IMG/VR virus record: IMGVR_UViG_3300031578_000009
Span: 1-64,000 of that record
Source of the DNA: a virus
DNA: 64,000 nucleotides
Reading direction: 5' to 3' (one strand)
Below the pieces are notes generated by a model that was not told where the DNA came from, searched no databases, and saw only the letters and a program-made list of their open reading frames with translations. The translations under genes and the position numbers were made by a program. This document shows, in pieces, positions 41,011 to 50,613 of the stretch (within the stretch, counting starts at the first letter, position 1; every line of letters starts with the position of its first letter).

Positions 41011-44000
41011 ATGAGTATTATATGCCCCCATAAGGGATTAAAAAAATGGTCTGACTTAGTGGCTTTACATGGTGAAGCTAAGAGTTATTTTTTGTGGAAT
41101 GAATTTGAAGGTAAGGTTCCTAAAGAATTTTACTCAGAAAATAGTAATGTTCAAGTCTCAGATAAAGACTTAGAGCCATACTACAAATATTCTCCACAAG
41201 AACCTAAAGTTCCATTAATTCAAAAAGTTCCTAAAGTTAATTTCAATAGTAAGTTTGCTGCCGGAACAAAACTTGTTGAAAGACAAGCTGGTGAAATTAA
41301 TGCTAAATATGATGAGATGTTACCACCTAATTCTATTAAAAGACAAGTGGCTAACAAATTCTTTAGATATGCTAAATATGATAAAGATGGCAATAATTCA
41401 CCAGTATATTATCCATTTAAAGTATCTGATTCATGGGAGAAAAATAAACAATATAAAGATGCTATTAATAAACTATATAGTGAAGATGTAGTTGGTGTTG
41501 ATAATGATGGAAGTATTGTATTCAGACCTAATATTGAAAATGCTATATATACTGGTGGAGATTTTGGATATGCAGTAGAACCTGTTGATACAGATGTAGG
41601 AACAATTGAATCACCAGATACTAAGGCAATAGATACTGCTATTGAACGTTTAAATGAGAGACTAGCATTATTAACAAGGAGAGCATCAAAAACTGGTGGA
41701 TCTTCACAAATGAGAGCTAATATTGCTGATTTAAAGAGTCAGATTAAAAAGCTTGAAGAAAATAAGACTACTTTAGCATCTAATAATATTTTAGAAAGGT
41801 TTGCTAAAAATGATGCTGTACAAATACAAGATAATCTTGATAATATCAGAGAAAATGTTGATACTATCTTAAAAGCAGATCTAAGAGAAGAAAAAACAAA
41901 GCAACAAATGTTAGCTCTCATGGATAGTTTAATGCTTAATTCTATTACTATTCAAGGATGGATAGACATTCAGGATTTTGTAGAGCATAGTGATCCAGAA
42001 TTAATCAATGAATTAGAAAAAATATCTGGTCATTATTCAAGATTAAATAGAGAGTGGAATGATTTAGCTAAAACACTATTTACAGAGTATGCAAACAGAT
42101 ATTCTTATAGAGATAATTTCTCTAAAGATGAGTTATTTGATGCAGTAAAAGATACTAGTATTTATAAGTCTAATGTACTAGGATTAAGTGAATCTCATAT
42201 TGAATTATTAAAAGTTGTAGATGATATCATTAGAAAATCAGCAAGTGATATTAATGAAGAATCGTTTGATAAAAAATCAGAAGTAAGAGAGTGGAACAAA
42301 AAACTTAAAGAGGATGGATTTTCAGAATCAGAAGTTAATGATATATTTAAACAAAAACATAATGGAGATTGGACTGGTAATATCATTGGTGATATAGATC
42401 ATTCATACTATGTAAAAAAACAAGAATTATTTGATGAAGCAAATAGAACTGGTAAGTATGCTAGAGTAAATAAATGGTTAAAAGATAACTCTAAATCTTT
42501 AAACTTAAAACAACTAAGAGATATTAAAGAAGGAAATTTTGAATCCAGTAAAAATATAGGTTATTCTCAGGAAGAATTAGATATTCAAAAAGAATTATTA
42601 GAGAAATACCAAGAAGACCATGATACTTATCAGGAAATAACTGAGATGAAATATGGTAATTCAGAATTTGCTCAAAGAGAATTAGAAGAATGGGAGTTGG
42701 CACATTCTCCATTTTTGTATGCACAAGGAGAAAAAAATTCTGGATATAAATATTTAATTAAAGAAAAACCTAGTATTAATAAATGGGGAGATAGAAGGTT
42801 TGATAAAATTAAGAATAATCCAACTCTATTTGGATTCTATAATTTTATGAAACAAAGATTTAATGAAAATAATAAAGCTTTAGGTTATTTTAATGCATTT
42901 GAGGAGTTTTATATGCCTGAGAAAGAATCTAATTTTGCAAAACAATTAATGCAGAATAAAGGTCTTTTAAAGAAAGTTGGATTTCTTGGTAATAGTATAA
43001 AGAATTCTATATCACAAAGTGCTAGTGAAACATTTCCAGCTATTCATATAAAAGGAAAACCAGTTAAGTCTGTGCCAATTAGAATGATGCAGAATAGAAT
43101 TCCACCTCAGATAAAAGAAGATCATTTATTAAATATAATTAATTTACATACTGAAAATTCATTAGCACATAAATATAAGACAGAGATTGAACCAATGTGC
43201 AATGCTGCTACTGAATTATTAAATACTATTAAAGAATTAAAACCTGGTGACAAAGAGATTGAGAATCAGCTTGCAAATGCTAAAAAACAATTAGAATATG
43301 CTAAAGATGCAGGATTATATGATGAAAGAAAATCCAGGATAGAAGGTAAAACAGGAGTTAAATTCTATACTGATGAAGAAAAACAAAAATTAGCTGAACT
43401 AAAACAACAAAGATCTAATAAAAAGATAACTGAAGAAACATTTAACCAAGAAAAAGATAAACTTGGTAAAATGATTACAGGCAATAAATTAGTTGATTCA
43501 TTAATTAATTATACCTATATAAAAGCAATGTCATTTCCAAACGTTATTACTCCTGGGGTGAACGTACTTTTTGGTATTAATTCAAACTTAATTTATGCAT
43601 CTGCTGGAGTTGATGTTGACTTAAAAACTATGAATAAAGCAATGATTCAAATGATGTCAGCTACAGCAAGAAGTTTTGGTGCCAAAAATAATCCAGAGTT
43701 AGTTGAGAAAGTTTATGCTTTTATGGAAAAATTACATTTATTAGGAACTATCCATGACAATGAATATGGTAGTAGAAAGTCTTTTTCAGAAAAGTTAACT
43801 ATATTACAAGAGAAAGCAGAACATTTTAATCAAGGATCATTGATGTTAGCTATTCTACAATATCAAAAACTTCTTGATAAAAATGGTAAAGAAGTATCTA
43901 TTTTTGATGCATATAAAGTACAAGATGAAAAACTTGTATGGAATGAAGAATTAATGGGAAAACAAACAAATACTCCAAATTCAAGAGTTATTTCTGAAGA

Positions 44001-44760
44001 TAAACATGGAGTTAATCTGTTTGGATTAACTAAATATATTGATAGAATTAATGCAACTGTACATGGTGATTATAAGTCTCCAATGATGGCAAAAAAGAAT
44101 GCTGCTTTAAGAATGTTAATGTTATTTAAGACATGGTTACCTAAAGCTATTGATCATAGATTTGGAACACAAAGATTAGATAAAGATTTAATCAATAAAG
44201 AAGGATTTTTTGGTAGAGACGTAAAAGGTAGATATTTATCGTTTTGGAATTCTACTACTATGGATGCACAGGAAGTTCTATTTAAAGATACATTAGGAAT
44301 GATTTTAAAGAGCTTTGTTTCTAAAAAGGCATTTGATAAACTCTCTGATATAGATCGTGTAAATATGATGCGTAATATGCGTGAAATTAAACATTTGATC
44401 GCTATCTATGGTGGATTATTAATGATGAGAGGTTTGCTAATGGATGATGATGATGATAATAAGCCTATATTAAATATTACGCTCAATATGCTATCTAAAA
44501 CTGGTCAAGATATGAGCTTCTTTTTGTCTCCAAACTCAATGAGTCAAATGGTAGATAATATTATCCCAGTATATTCTACAGTTAGAGATGGCCAAAGAGC
44601 AATAAATAATGCATTTGGATTATTAACTGGAGATGTATTTTATCAAAATGGTCCTTGGAAAGATTCTCCAAAATTAGCAGTTAATACATTTAGAATGATA
44701 CCAGGTTCTTCAGGAGCAATTAAGATGTGGAATATGGGTAATAAGTTTTATCAATATTAA
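41011..44760 (+). CDS. Large ejected cargo protein
   Basis: 1249 aa; N-terminal CP..K.W..LV motif, HGDY, LMLFKTWLP, GRY and C-terminal hydrophobic segments typical of the crAss post-RNAP protein. Confidence 0.65.
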   Translation: MSIICPHKGLKKWSDLVALHGEAKSYFLWNEFEGKVPKEFYSENSNVQVSDKDLEPYYKYSPQEPKVPLIQKVPKVNFNSKFAAGTKLVERQAGEINAKYDEMLPPNSIKRQVANKFFRYAKYDKDGNNSPVYYPFKVSDSWEKNKQYKDAINKLYSEDVVGVDNDGSIVFRPNIENAIYTGGDFGYAVEPVDTDVGTIESPDTKAIDTAIERLNERLALLTRRASKTGGSSQMRANIADLKSQIKKLEENKTTLASNNILERFAKNDAVQIQDNLDNIRENVDTILKADLREEKTKQQMLALMDSLMLNSITIQGWIDIQDFVEHSDPELINELEKISGHYSRLNREWNDLAKTLFTEYANRYSYRDNFSKDELFDAVKDTSIYKSNVLGLSESHIELLKVVDDIIRKSASDINEESFDKKSEVREWNKKLKEDGFSESEVNDIFKQKHNGDWTGNIIGDIDHSYYVKKQELFDEANRTGKYARVNKWLKDNSKSLNLKQLRDIKEGNFESSKNIGYSQEELDIQKELLEKYQEDHDTYQEITEMKYGNSEFAQRELEEWELAHSPFLYAQGEKNSGYKYLIKEKPSINKWGDRRFDKIKNNPTLFGFYNFMKQRFNENNKALGYFNAFEEFYMPEKESNFAKQLMQNKGLLKKVGFLGNSIKNSISQSASETFPAIHIKGKPVKSVPIRMMQNRIPPQIKEDHLLNIINLHTENSLAHKYKTEIEPMCNAATELLNTIKELKPGDKEIENQLANAKKQLEYAKDAGLYDERKSRIEGKTGVKFYTDEEKQKLAELKQQRSNKKITEETFNQEKDKLGKMITGNKLVDSLINYTYIKAMSFPNVITPGVNVLFGINSNLIYASAGVDVDLKTMNKAMIQMMSATARSFGAKNNPELVEKVYAFMEKLHLLGTIHDNEYGSRKSFSEKLTILQEKAEHFNQGSLMLAILQYQKLLDKNGKEVSIFDAYKVQDEKLVWNEELMGKQTNTPNSRVISEDKHGVNLFGLTKYIDRINATVHGDYKSPMMAKKNAALRMLMLFKTWLPKAIDHRFGTQRLDKDLINKEGFFGRDVKGRYLSFWNSTTMDAQEVLFKDTLGMILKSFVSKKAFDKLSDIDRVNMMRNMREIKHLIAIYGGLLMMRGLLMDDDDDNKPILNITLNMLSKTGQDMSFFLSPNSMSQMVDNIIPVYSTVRDGQRAINNAFGLLTGDVFYQNGPWKDSPKLAVNTFRMIPGSSGAIKMWNMGNKFYQY

Positions 44761-44792
44761 TGCCTAACTAGAAAAATTTTTATTGGCAATAT

Positions 44793-44824
44793 AAAAGAGG
44801 AGAATTAATTCTCCTCTTTTTTTT
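44793..44824. terminator. Bidirectional terminator between the convergent gene blocks
   Basis: Perfect 28-bp palindrome AAAAGAGGAGAATTAATTCTCCTCTTTT with extra T residues on the right. Confidence 0.9.
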
Positions 44825-44826
44825 GT

Positions 44827-45948
44827 TTAATCAAATTTTAATAGAAAATCTGGATTGATAGCTTTAAATGATGAAATCTTTTTTCCATCTTCTATACATC
44901 TAAAAACTATTCCTTCTCTCGGAATATTTGCTAATGTAGATTTTCCTTTAGTAAGATTAATAATTTTATCAACAGTATCTCCAAGATATTCTAATCTATC
45001 CATGCCTAAAAATGGAACAATATTTAAATTATATTTTTTACAAAACATATTCATTTCATGATAATCATAATGATATCCCTTTTCATGATCTATAATATTA
45101 AATACCCACATAGTAGGTTCTGTAACACCATATTTATTTCCTTGAACTTTAGTATCACCTTGTTCTCCTTGAATTGTTAAGGTAGGATTTTCTTTAAGTA
45201 TTTGTTCTAAATTGTATTTCTTGGCAATTTTCCAATACAGAGAATTTTTATCATTTGTAGTTAAATTTCTACTACATACAACAAATTGATATTTCTTAAA
45301 TGGTAATTTACTTAGTATTCCATTAAATCTTGGAACCATTTTACCTGTCCATGTACCTGATTGATAGTCTATTTTTTCAGTTATATAGAATATTTTATCT
45401 TTATATTGTTTTAATACTTGTGGAATATTTTGTATTCTTTCTTCATCTGTTTTAGAAACCCAATAAGGAAATCCAGATTTACCTTTCTTGCTTAAAAACA
45501 ATCTTCTAAAGAGACTATATCTCAATAAGAATTTCTTTAACTTGGACTTCTCTAACTTAATTTTATTTTCTAATTGTTCAATTTCAGTTCTTTCAGAAGG
45601 AGATAGGTATTTAGTTATCCCCATCCACTCAGTTACGTCTTGATGTTCCCCAAATTTACCAGAATCTACTGAAAGGTAAGAGGTAGGTAGCACAAGACCC
45701 ATTGAAATTTGCCCACGAAGTTTAATGGTTCTTATTCTAAATTTTCTTTCTCTAAGGAATTCAAATTCAGGTTTTTCTGGCATTACGGAATCAACTTCGC
45801 AATAAACTACCTTATCTCCAACTTTAAAATTATCTTTTTTAGCAATTACACATTGCCAACCAAGTATTCCACATAATTCAATTTTATCTGCACCATCAAT
45901 AGGCTTTATCCACTCTATTTTTTCTATATGAGCAAGTTTCCTGTCCAT
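44827..45948 (-). CDS. RNA ligase, DRB0094-like family
   Basis: N-terminal OB domain (PIDGADKIE, GWQCV, VYCEVDS, KLRGQISMGL), KTDEERIQN, TEKID, CSRN, QGE, REGIV and SFKAI motifs. Confidence 0.88.
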   Translation of the reverse strand: MDRKLAHIEKIEWIKPIDGADKIELCGILGWQCVIAKKDNFKVGDKVVYCEVDSVMPEKPEFEFLRERKFRIRTIKLRGQISMGLVLPTSYLSVDSGKFGEHQDVTEWMGITKYLSPSERTEIEQLENKIKLEKSKLKKFLLRYSLFRRLFLSKKGKSGFPYWVSKTDEERIQNIPQVLKQYKDKIFYITEKIDYQSGTWTGKMVPRFNGILSKLPFKKYQFVVCSRNLTTNDKNSLYWKIAKKYNLEQILKENPTLTIQGEQGDTKVQGNKYGVTEPTMWVFNIIDHEKGYHYDYHEMNMFCKKYNLNIVPFLGMDRLEYLGDTVDKIINLTKGKSTLANIPREGIVFRCIEDGKKISSFKAINPDFLLKFD

Positions 45949-45952
45949 TTAT

Positions 45953-46177
45953 TTACAATTTATAATTTTTATTAATGTATCCATAATATGTTAAGTATCC
46001 AATTAACCAATAAATATTGTAATCATCACTAGAAATAAAATCTCCATCATTAGTAACAATATCATAACAATATCCGGTTAATGTAATATTACAATGTTTG
46101 TTTATAAATGTATTTGAATCATGTGGATCTTTCTTAAATCCATTATTAATTAGAAAATTAACTACCGTTTCCATCAC
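45953..46177 (-). CDS. Hypothetical protein
   Basis: 74-aa ORF in a tightly packed operon. Confidence 0.55.
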   Translation of the reverse strand: MMETVVNFLINNGFKKDPHDSNTFINKHCNITLTGYCYDIVTNDGDFISSDDYNIYWLIGYLTYYGYINKNYKL

Positions 46178-46406
46178 TTAATTCTTCTAATATAATAAAT
46201 TCATCTAACCATTTATAAAATTCACCAGCCTTAACATCTACCCAATCTATAACTTCCATTAAATCTCCAGAAATTAAATCAATACTTTCTATCTTAACTA
46301 CTGGTTCATTATCTGGTAAATCATAATTATTTGATGATGATTGTGGAGTATAAATATATGTAACTCCAATTACACTTTCTCCTAGATTTATATTTCTGTA
46401 TTTCAT
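46158..46406 (-). CDS. Hypothetical protein
   Basis: 82-aa ORF in the operon. Confidence 0.55.
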   Translation of the reverse strand: MKYRNINLGESVIGVTYIYTPQSSSNNYDLPDNEPVVKIESIDLISGDLMEVIDWVDVKAGEFYKWLDEFIILEELSDGNGS

Positions 46407-46410
46407 AACA

Positions 46411-46662
46411 TTAATTATTAATTAATACACTTTTATTTGTAACCCATCCGCCAATAGCATTTGATGTGTCTCCGTCACCTATATGTTTTTCATATTCAAA
46501 GAAAGTATGTGTTTCATTTTCCCAATAAATACACTTGCATATAGGGCAAATTTCAACGTCAATTACTTCAAGTGGACTATCTATATCAAACTGATATTGA
46601 TAGTCCTTATTTGGCTCTAATATAACTTCATTTTGACAATTTTTACATTTCACTAGACTCAT
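46411..46662 (-). CDS. Small zinc-ribbon protein
   Basis: CKNC...CPIC. Confidence 0.55.
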   Translation of the reverse strand: MSLVKCKNCQNEVILEPNKDYQYQFDIDSPLEVIDVEICPICKCIYWENETHTFFEYEKHIGDGDTSNAIGGWVTNKSVLINN

Positions 46663-46986
46663 TTATTGTTCTAATTTAAATCTATCATCTAATTCTGGTC
46701 TTGTTTCTAACACAAATGCTGCTACCAACAAATTCCATGCAGCATGATATAAATGATTTATTTTACTTTCATCATCAAAATCAGATAATCTTGGATCTTC
46801 AAATGCATCCATATGTCTATCATGTGAATCTAAATACTGGGTAATTGGTGCGCCTTTTAAAAAATTGTATGTTGCATATTTACCTTCTCCATAATGTGCA
46901 ACTTTAGCAATCCCTCTAAATAAAAATTTAGGAAAATTATGCCATCTCAACTTACCTTCATTAAATCTTTCTGCTAATTCACTCAT
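46663..46986 (-). CDS. dATP/dGTP diphosphohydrolase domain protein (DUF5664)
   Basis: RFNEGKLRW, V..YG..KY...N..KG, S..RH, DDES...HL.HAAWN. Confidence 0.85.
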   Translation of the reverse strand: MSELAERFNEGKLRWHNFPKFLFRGIAKVAHYGEGKYATYNFLKGAPITQYLDSHDRHMDAFEDPRLSDFDDESKINHLYHAAWNLLVAAFVLETRPELDDRFKLEQ

Positions 46987-47341
46987 AATATTTTAAATCA
47001 TAATATTTTAAATACTTAACTGGTATATTATTTTCTTCTGCAATCCTTAATTCAGATTGACAACCTTTACTATTTTTAATTAGTTCCATGCCACTTTCTC
47101 CAATAATTACTACAATAACCTCGTTACATCTTTTAAGTAATTCAGAATCTTGTTTCATCCAAAAATCATGATCTGTTTGTAATCTATCATGCATATATTC
47201 AGATATTGGATGAGAATGACTTATTGGACTAAATACGATGTTTCCTTTTAACATTAATTCAGAAGCAACTCTATTAGCTATTTTAAATGAACGTTCTGGA
47301 TGCCAACTATAAGGAATACATAAGTATATGATTTTACTCAT
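46979..47341 (-). CDS. DUF1937-family protein (nucleoside deoxyribosyltransferase-like fold)
   Basis: IYLCIPYS, VFSPISHSH, FWMKQD..LL..C, SKGCQSE. Confidence 0.8.
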   Translation of the reverse strand: MSKIIYLCIPYSWHPERSFKIANRVASELMLKGNIVFSPISHSHPISEYMHDRLQTDHDFWMKQDSELLKRCNEVIVVIIGESGMELIKNSKGCQSELRIAEENNIPVKYLKYYDLKYYE

Positions 47342-47407
47342 TATTTATTTGTTTTAAATAGTCTTCAAATGACTTAAATTTATATTCAGTTATTTATTAC
47401 TTTTTTT

Positions 47408-47746
47408 TCATAACATTTTAATTATTAATAATTTATCTTCTTCACTTGTATCAATATCTTCTGATTGTAGTAGAGATATAAAAGATTCTTTTGTACTTCT
47501 AAAGGATAAATTATTGTTATTATAATTCTTAAAAACACATCTTAAATGTTCTCCTTTATTGTTAAAATCATTTCCAACTAATTCAATAAATTCTACTAAA
47601 TCTTCATCTGTTAATTCAGAGAGTTTTCCTAAGATTTTATAATCTTTGTCTTTATATCCAAATAATATTAATGCTCTTTTAGTAAAAGGTCCTGGATTTT
47701 CTATTATAATTAAATCATTAGATTGTGTTTTTATTTTAGTTGTCAT
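47408..47746 (-). CDS. Hypothetical protein
   Basis: 112 aa; ILGKLSELT...ESFISLL. Confidence 0.55.
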   Translation of the reverse strand: MTTKIKTQSNDLIIIENPGPFTKRALILFGYKDKDYKILGKLSELTDEDLVEFIELVGNDFNNKGEHLRCVFKNYNNNNLSFRSTKESFISLLQSEDIDTSEEDKLLIIKML

Positions 47747-47773
47747 AATATATTTTCAATATATAACATTGTT

Positions 47774-48259
47774 TCAGTTTTTTTCATATATCTGTATTAT
47801 TATTTCTCTATTATCAAATTCTTCTATCGCTTCAAACTCATATTCAATATTATTTATATATTGAACTGAATCATCGGGAATAATTTTAGCTTTTACCAAA
47901 CAATCCAATGAACCTTTAACCCATAATTGTAACATATTGTCAAGATCATAATTGGGAACATAGTTATCATCTGGATATTTCCAAATAATAACTTCATTCC
48001 TACGCTGAATAGAGCCATGATTAATTACAGTCTTTATAATGAATTTAACTTTAATTGGAAAATTATATATTTTTAATCTCTTAGGAATTTTATTCATCAC
48101 ATATTTATGAATGTTGTCCATTAAAGTATTTCTTGCAAATCTATTTACATTTGAATTATATAATAGTTGTCCATTTAGTTTAACATACTTAGGCTTGGCT
48201 TTCTTAGGATTTGTTATTGGTAAGTGAGTTGGAAATTTTGTTAGTTTTATTTCTATCAT
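47774..48259 (-). CDS. RusA-like Holliday junction resolvase
   Basis: DLDN...K..LDCL....IIPDDS catalytic pattern. Confidence 0.75.
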   Translation of the reverse strand: MIEIKLTKFPTHLPITNPKKAKPKYVKLNGQLLYNSNVNRFARNTLMDNIHKYVMNKIPKRLKIYNFPIKVKFIIKTVINHGSIQRRNEVIIWKYPDDNYVPNYDLDNMLQLWVKGSLDCLVKAKIIPDDSVQYINNIEYEFEAIEEFDNREIIIQIYEKN

Positions 48260-49071
48260 TATACATATTCTAATTCCTTAACTATATCAAATGCTTTATC
48301 ATTAAATCTTGCTTGATTACCAACGACAGCTCCAAATATATTCTTTGATTTATCTTTATTCAATAGATGCGTTGAGTAATAAGTCATTCCTTGCATAATT
48401 GACCATAAATTGTTTCCAAAATCATTAGTTGATTTTTGAATAGCATGTGTTAATATTTCAGCTTTATTAATCTTTCTTGTAGAGTTTTCTTCTATATCAT
48501 CCCAATCAACCATTTTTTTAACAGCTATTTCTGCTGTATCTTTTGTTATTGAAATATCATTCCATAAATTAAATTGTCTAATTAAAGCATCTTTTTCTCT
48601 AAAATAGTCTTCAATAGAAGTTACTAATTCTTCTAATTTAAACTGAGAAGATGTTGTATGTTTAAATTTAGTTCTCATTAACTTGCTAAATTGATTTTGA
48701 CAAAACAATACAGTTGTTGAATTTGATAGAAATATTTGACTACTACCATCAAATGAATTACCAAGTATCAAATATGTATCTAAATCAAAATCACCAACCT
48801 TATTATATCCAGTATTGTTCTTTAAATAAGATAATACTATTTTACCACCTTTAAATTGTTGATATCCATGGGTATCAAATCCAGATATTTCTCCCAATCT
48901 ATTAGTAATATTATGAAAATCTCTCATATAAAAAGGTTTATAGCTATTTTTCATGATACTTAATAATGAACCATCATTCTTCACTATAGCCTTATGTTCT
49001 AAACTTCGAGTATATAAATCACTAACAAAAACAGGCTGTTCTGTTATTTCAAAATCTAATTTTTCTTCCAT
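48259..49071 (-). CDS. DUF932/DUF945-family protein
   Basis: GGK, LILGNSFDGS, FCQN, KHT, NLWSIMQGMT.Y.TH. Confidence 0.8.
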   Translation of the reverse strand: MEEKLDFEITEQPVFVSDLYTRSLEHKAIVKNDGSLLSIMKNSYKPFYMRDFHNITNRLGEISGFDTHGYQQFKGGKIVLSYLKNNTGYNKVGDFDLDTYLILGNSFDGSSQIFLSNSTTVLFCQNQFSKLMRTKFKHTTSSQFKLEELVTSIEDYFREKDALIRQFNLWNDISITKDTAEIAVKKMVDWDDIEENSTRKINKAEILTHAIQKSTNDFGNNLWSIMQGMTYYSTHLLNKDKSKNIFGAVVGNQARFNDKAFDIVKELEYV

Positions 49072-49709
49072 TATTTATTGTTTTTAAGTTTCCAATTGTT
49101 AAACATGTCAATATAAGATTCCCTAAAAGAATGTTTAGCATCTATTGCAAAATCTATCATTTGCATTTGAGAATACATAGGCTTGTTTATTTCAATATAT
49201 TTTTCAGCAGCTTTTTTAGTTGAGAATTGTACATAACCTAATGGTGGTTTATTTGGATTTCTCCAATCACATTGGTGTGATAGCGCAGTCCAACCTTTAA
49301 GATAAGGCGAATCGCTTTCTACTACATAATAGTAAACATCTCCTTTATAAATACCTACTCCATCTTTAGTTGCAAATAATGGAGTTTTTGCATGTTTAAC
49401 ATCTTCCATAATATTAATATGTTTAGATTGAGCTATTTGTTCATCGGTATAAGAAGTTAATTCTGAAGGTCTATGCCATCCATCTTCTTTCTTAGTATAA
49501 GTAGTTTTAGTCTGACTATTAAATACTTTAGTTCCAATTGGATATTCAATTATTTCTTCCCAAAATTCTGGATAAAATTCTACTTTTGTATGTGGAATTG
49601 GCTGATGATATGGATCATCTGGTATATAATCACCATGATTATTTCTATATGTTGCAATTGTTCCAATTTTTGGAGAACCTGGATATTCACGTATGAGTTT
49701 AAATTTCAT
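49071..49709 (-). CDS. Hypothetical phage protein
   Basis: 212 aa; KLIREYPGSP, YPEFWEE, PLF.T.DGV.IY.GD and FSTK.AAE.YI motifs. Confidence 0.6.
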   Translation of the reverse strand: MKFKLIREYPGSPKIGTIATYRNNHGDYIPDDPYHQPIPHTKVEFYPEFWEEIIEYPIGTKVFNSQTKTTYTKKEDGWHRPSELTSYTDEQIAQSKHINIMEDVKHAKTPLFATKDGVGIYKGDVYYYVVESDSPYLKGWTALSHQCDWRNPNKPPLGYVQFSTKKAAEKYIEINKPMYSQMQMIDFAIDAKHSFRESYIDMFNNWKLKNNK

Positions 49710-50389
49710 TTATTTCTATTTTTAAGTTGCCATTCTTCATTTAATTCATCAACTATCTCAAGTGAATCAATTAATCTATCATATTCTTTATCTATATCTA
49801 CATAAAGTATATTCTTCATATAAGTAACCGAAATACTTTCTTTAGAATAGTCTTTAGTAGGTAATTTGTAGTTTAGTTGAAATAAATATATACTATTAGT
49901 GAATACTTGAGATATATGAGTTAAATAAGCGTTTCCAGTAAGATAGATGTAATTATTATTTCCTAATTTTGATAAATGTAATTTGCAATAATTGTTGCCT
50001 TTTTTAGAAATTCTATACTCTATTCCAGTAATTCTATCCATCACAACAATGTTTTCTGTATTCTCTGTTAATTCTAATAAATCAGTAACTTGATGAGTGC
50101 AGAATATTTCATTACAAATATCATACTCCCATAATGGATCATATGTAATTGGAATACCAAGTAATTCAGTTTCCTTATTAACCCAATACATTATATCAAC
50201 ATCATATTCATATAAGTCAATAGTTGGATAAGTAACTGCTTTATCCATTCCCATATCAAATAAAGTTAATTGTCCATCATTGTAAGAGTGCTTTTGACTA
50301 CTCTTATTTACTGCAATTATCTTATCCAAACTATTGACTAATGATTGTCTTCTTCTAAATATTTCTATTGCCTCTTTTTTGCTATACAT
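49706..50389 (-). CDS. Stand-alone DnaE (Pol III alpha) C-terminal-like protein with beta-clamp motif and OB fold
   Basis: GQLTLFD (aa 39-45), KETELLGIPITYDPL and ISKKGNNYCKLHL occur in the same order as in the DnaE C-terminus. Confidence 0.7.
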   Translation of the reverse strand: MYSKKEAIEIFRRRQSLVNSLDKIIAVNKSSQKHSYNDGQLTLFDMGMDKAVTYPTIDLYEYDVDIMYWVNKETELLGIPITYDPLWEYDICNEIFCTHQVTDLLELTENTENIVVMDRITGIEYRISKKGNNYCKLHLSKLGNNNYIYLTGNAYLTHISQVFTNSIYLFQLNYKLPTKDYSKESISVTYMKNILYVDIDKEYDRLIDSLEIVDELNEEWQLKNRNK

Positions 50390-50613
50390 TATAATTTAGG
50401 ATGCGGTGTATTTATAATTGAATTTTTATCAACTATTACATTATTTGCTACTGAAGTAGTATCTGCAAATGATGCACATAGTTCTCTCTGTTCTAAGCAT
50501 TTTTGTTTAGCATAAAAATAACACACGCTAACTATTTCATCCAATGAATTAAATACATTACCAGATTCATCATGTAATATTCTTTCTCTTAAATATTTCT
50601 CAGTCTCAGTCAT
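50389..50613 (-). CDS. Hypothetical protein
   Basis: 74 aa; YAKQKC.EQRELCA...DKNSIIN.P.P. Confidence 0.55.
   Translation of the reverse strand: MTETEKYLRERILHDESGNVFNSLDEIVSVCYFYAKQKCLEQRELCASFADTTSVANNVIVDKNSIINTPHPKL

Noticed and set aside
594-42724. Numerous 60-100-aa ORFs nested in or antisense to the structural genes
   Set aside because: They lie wholly inside long genes with coherent motifs and have the L/S/I-rich composition typical of shadow ORFs.
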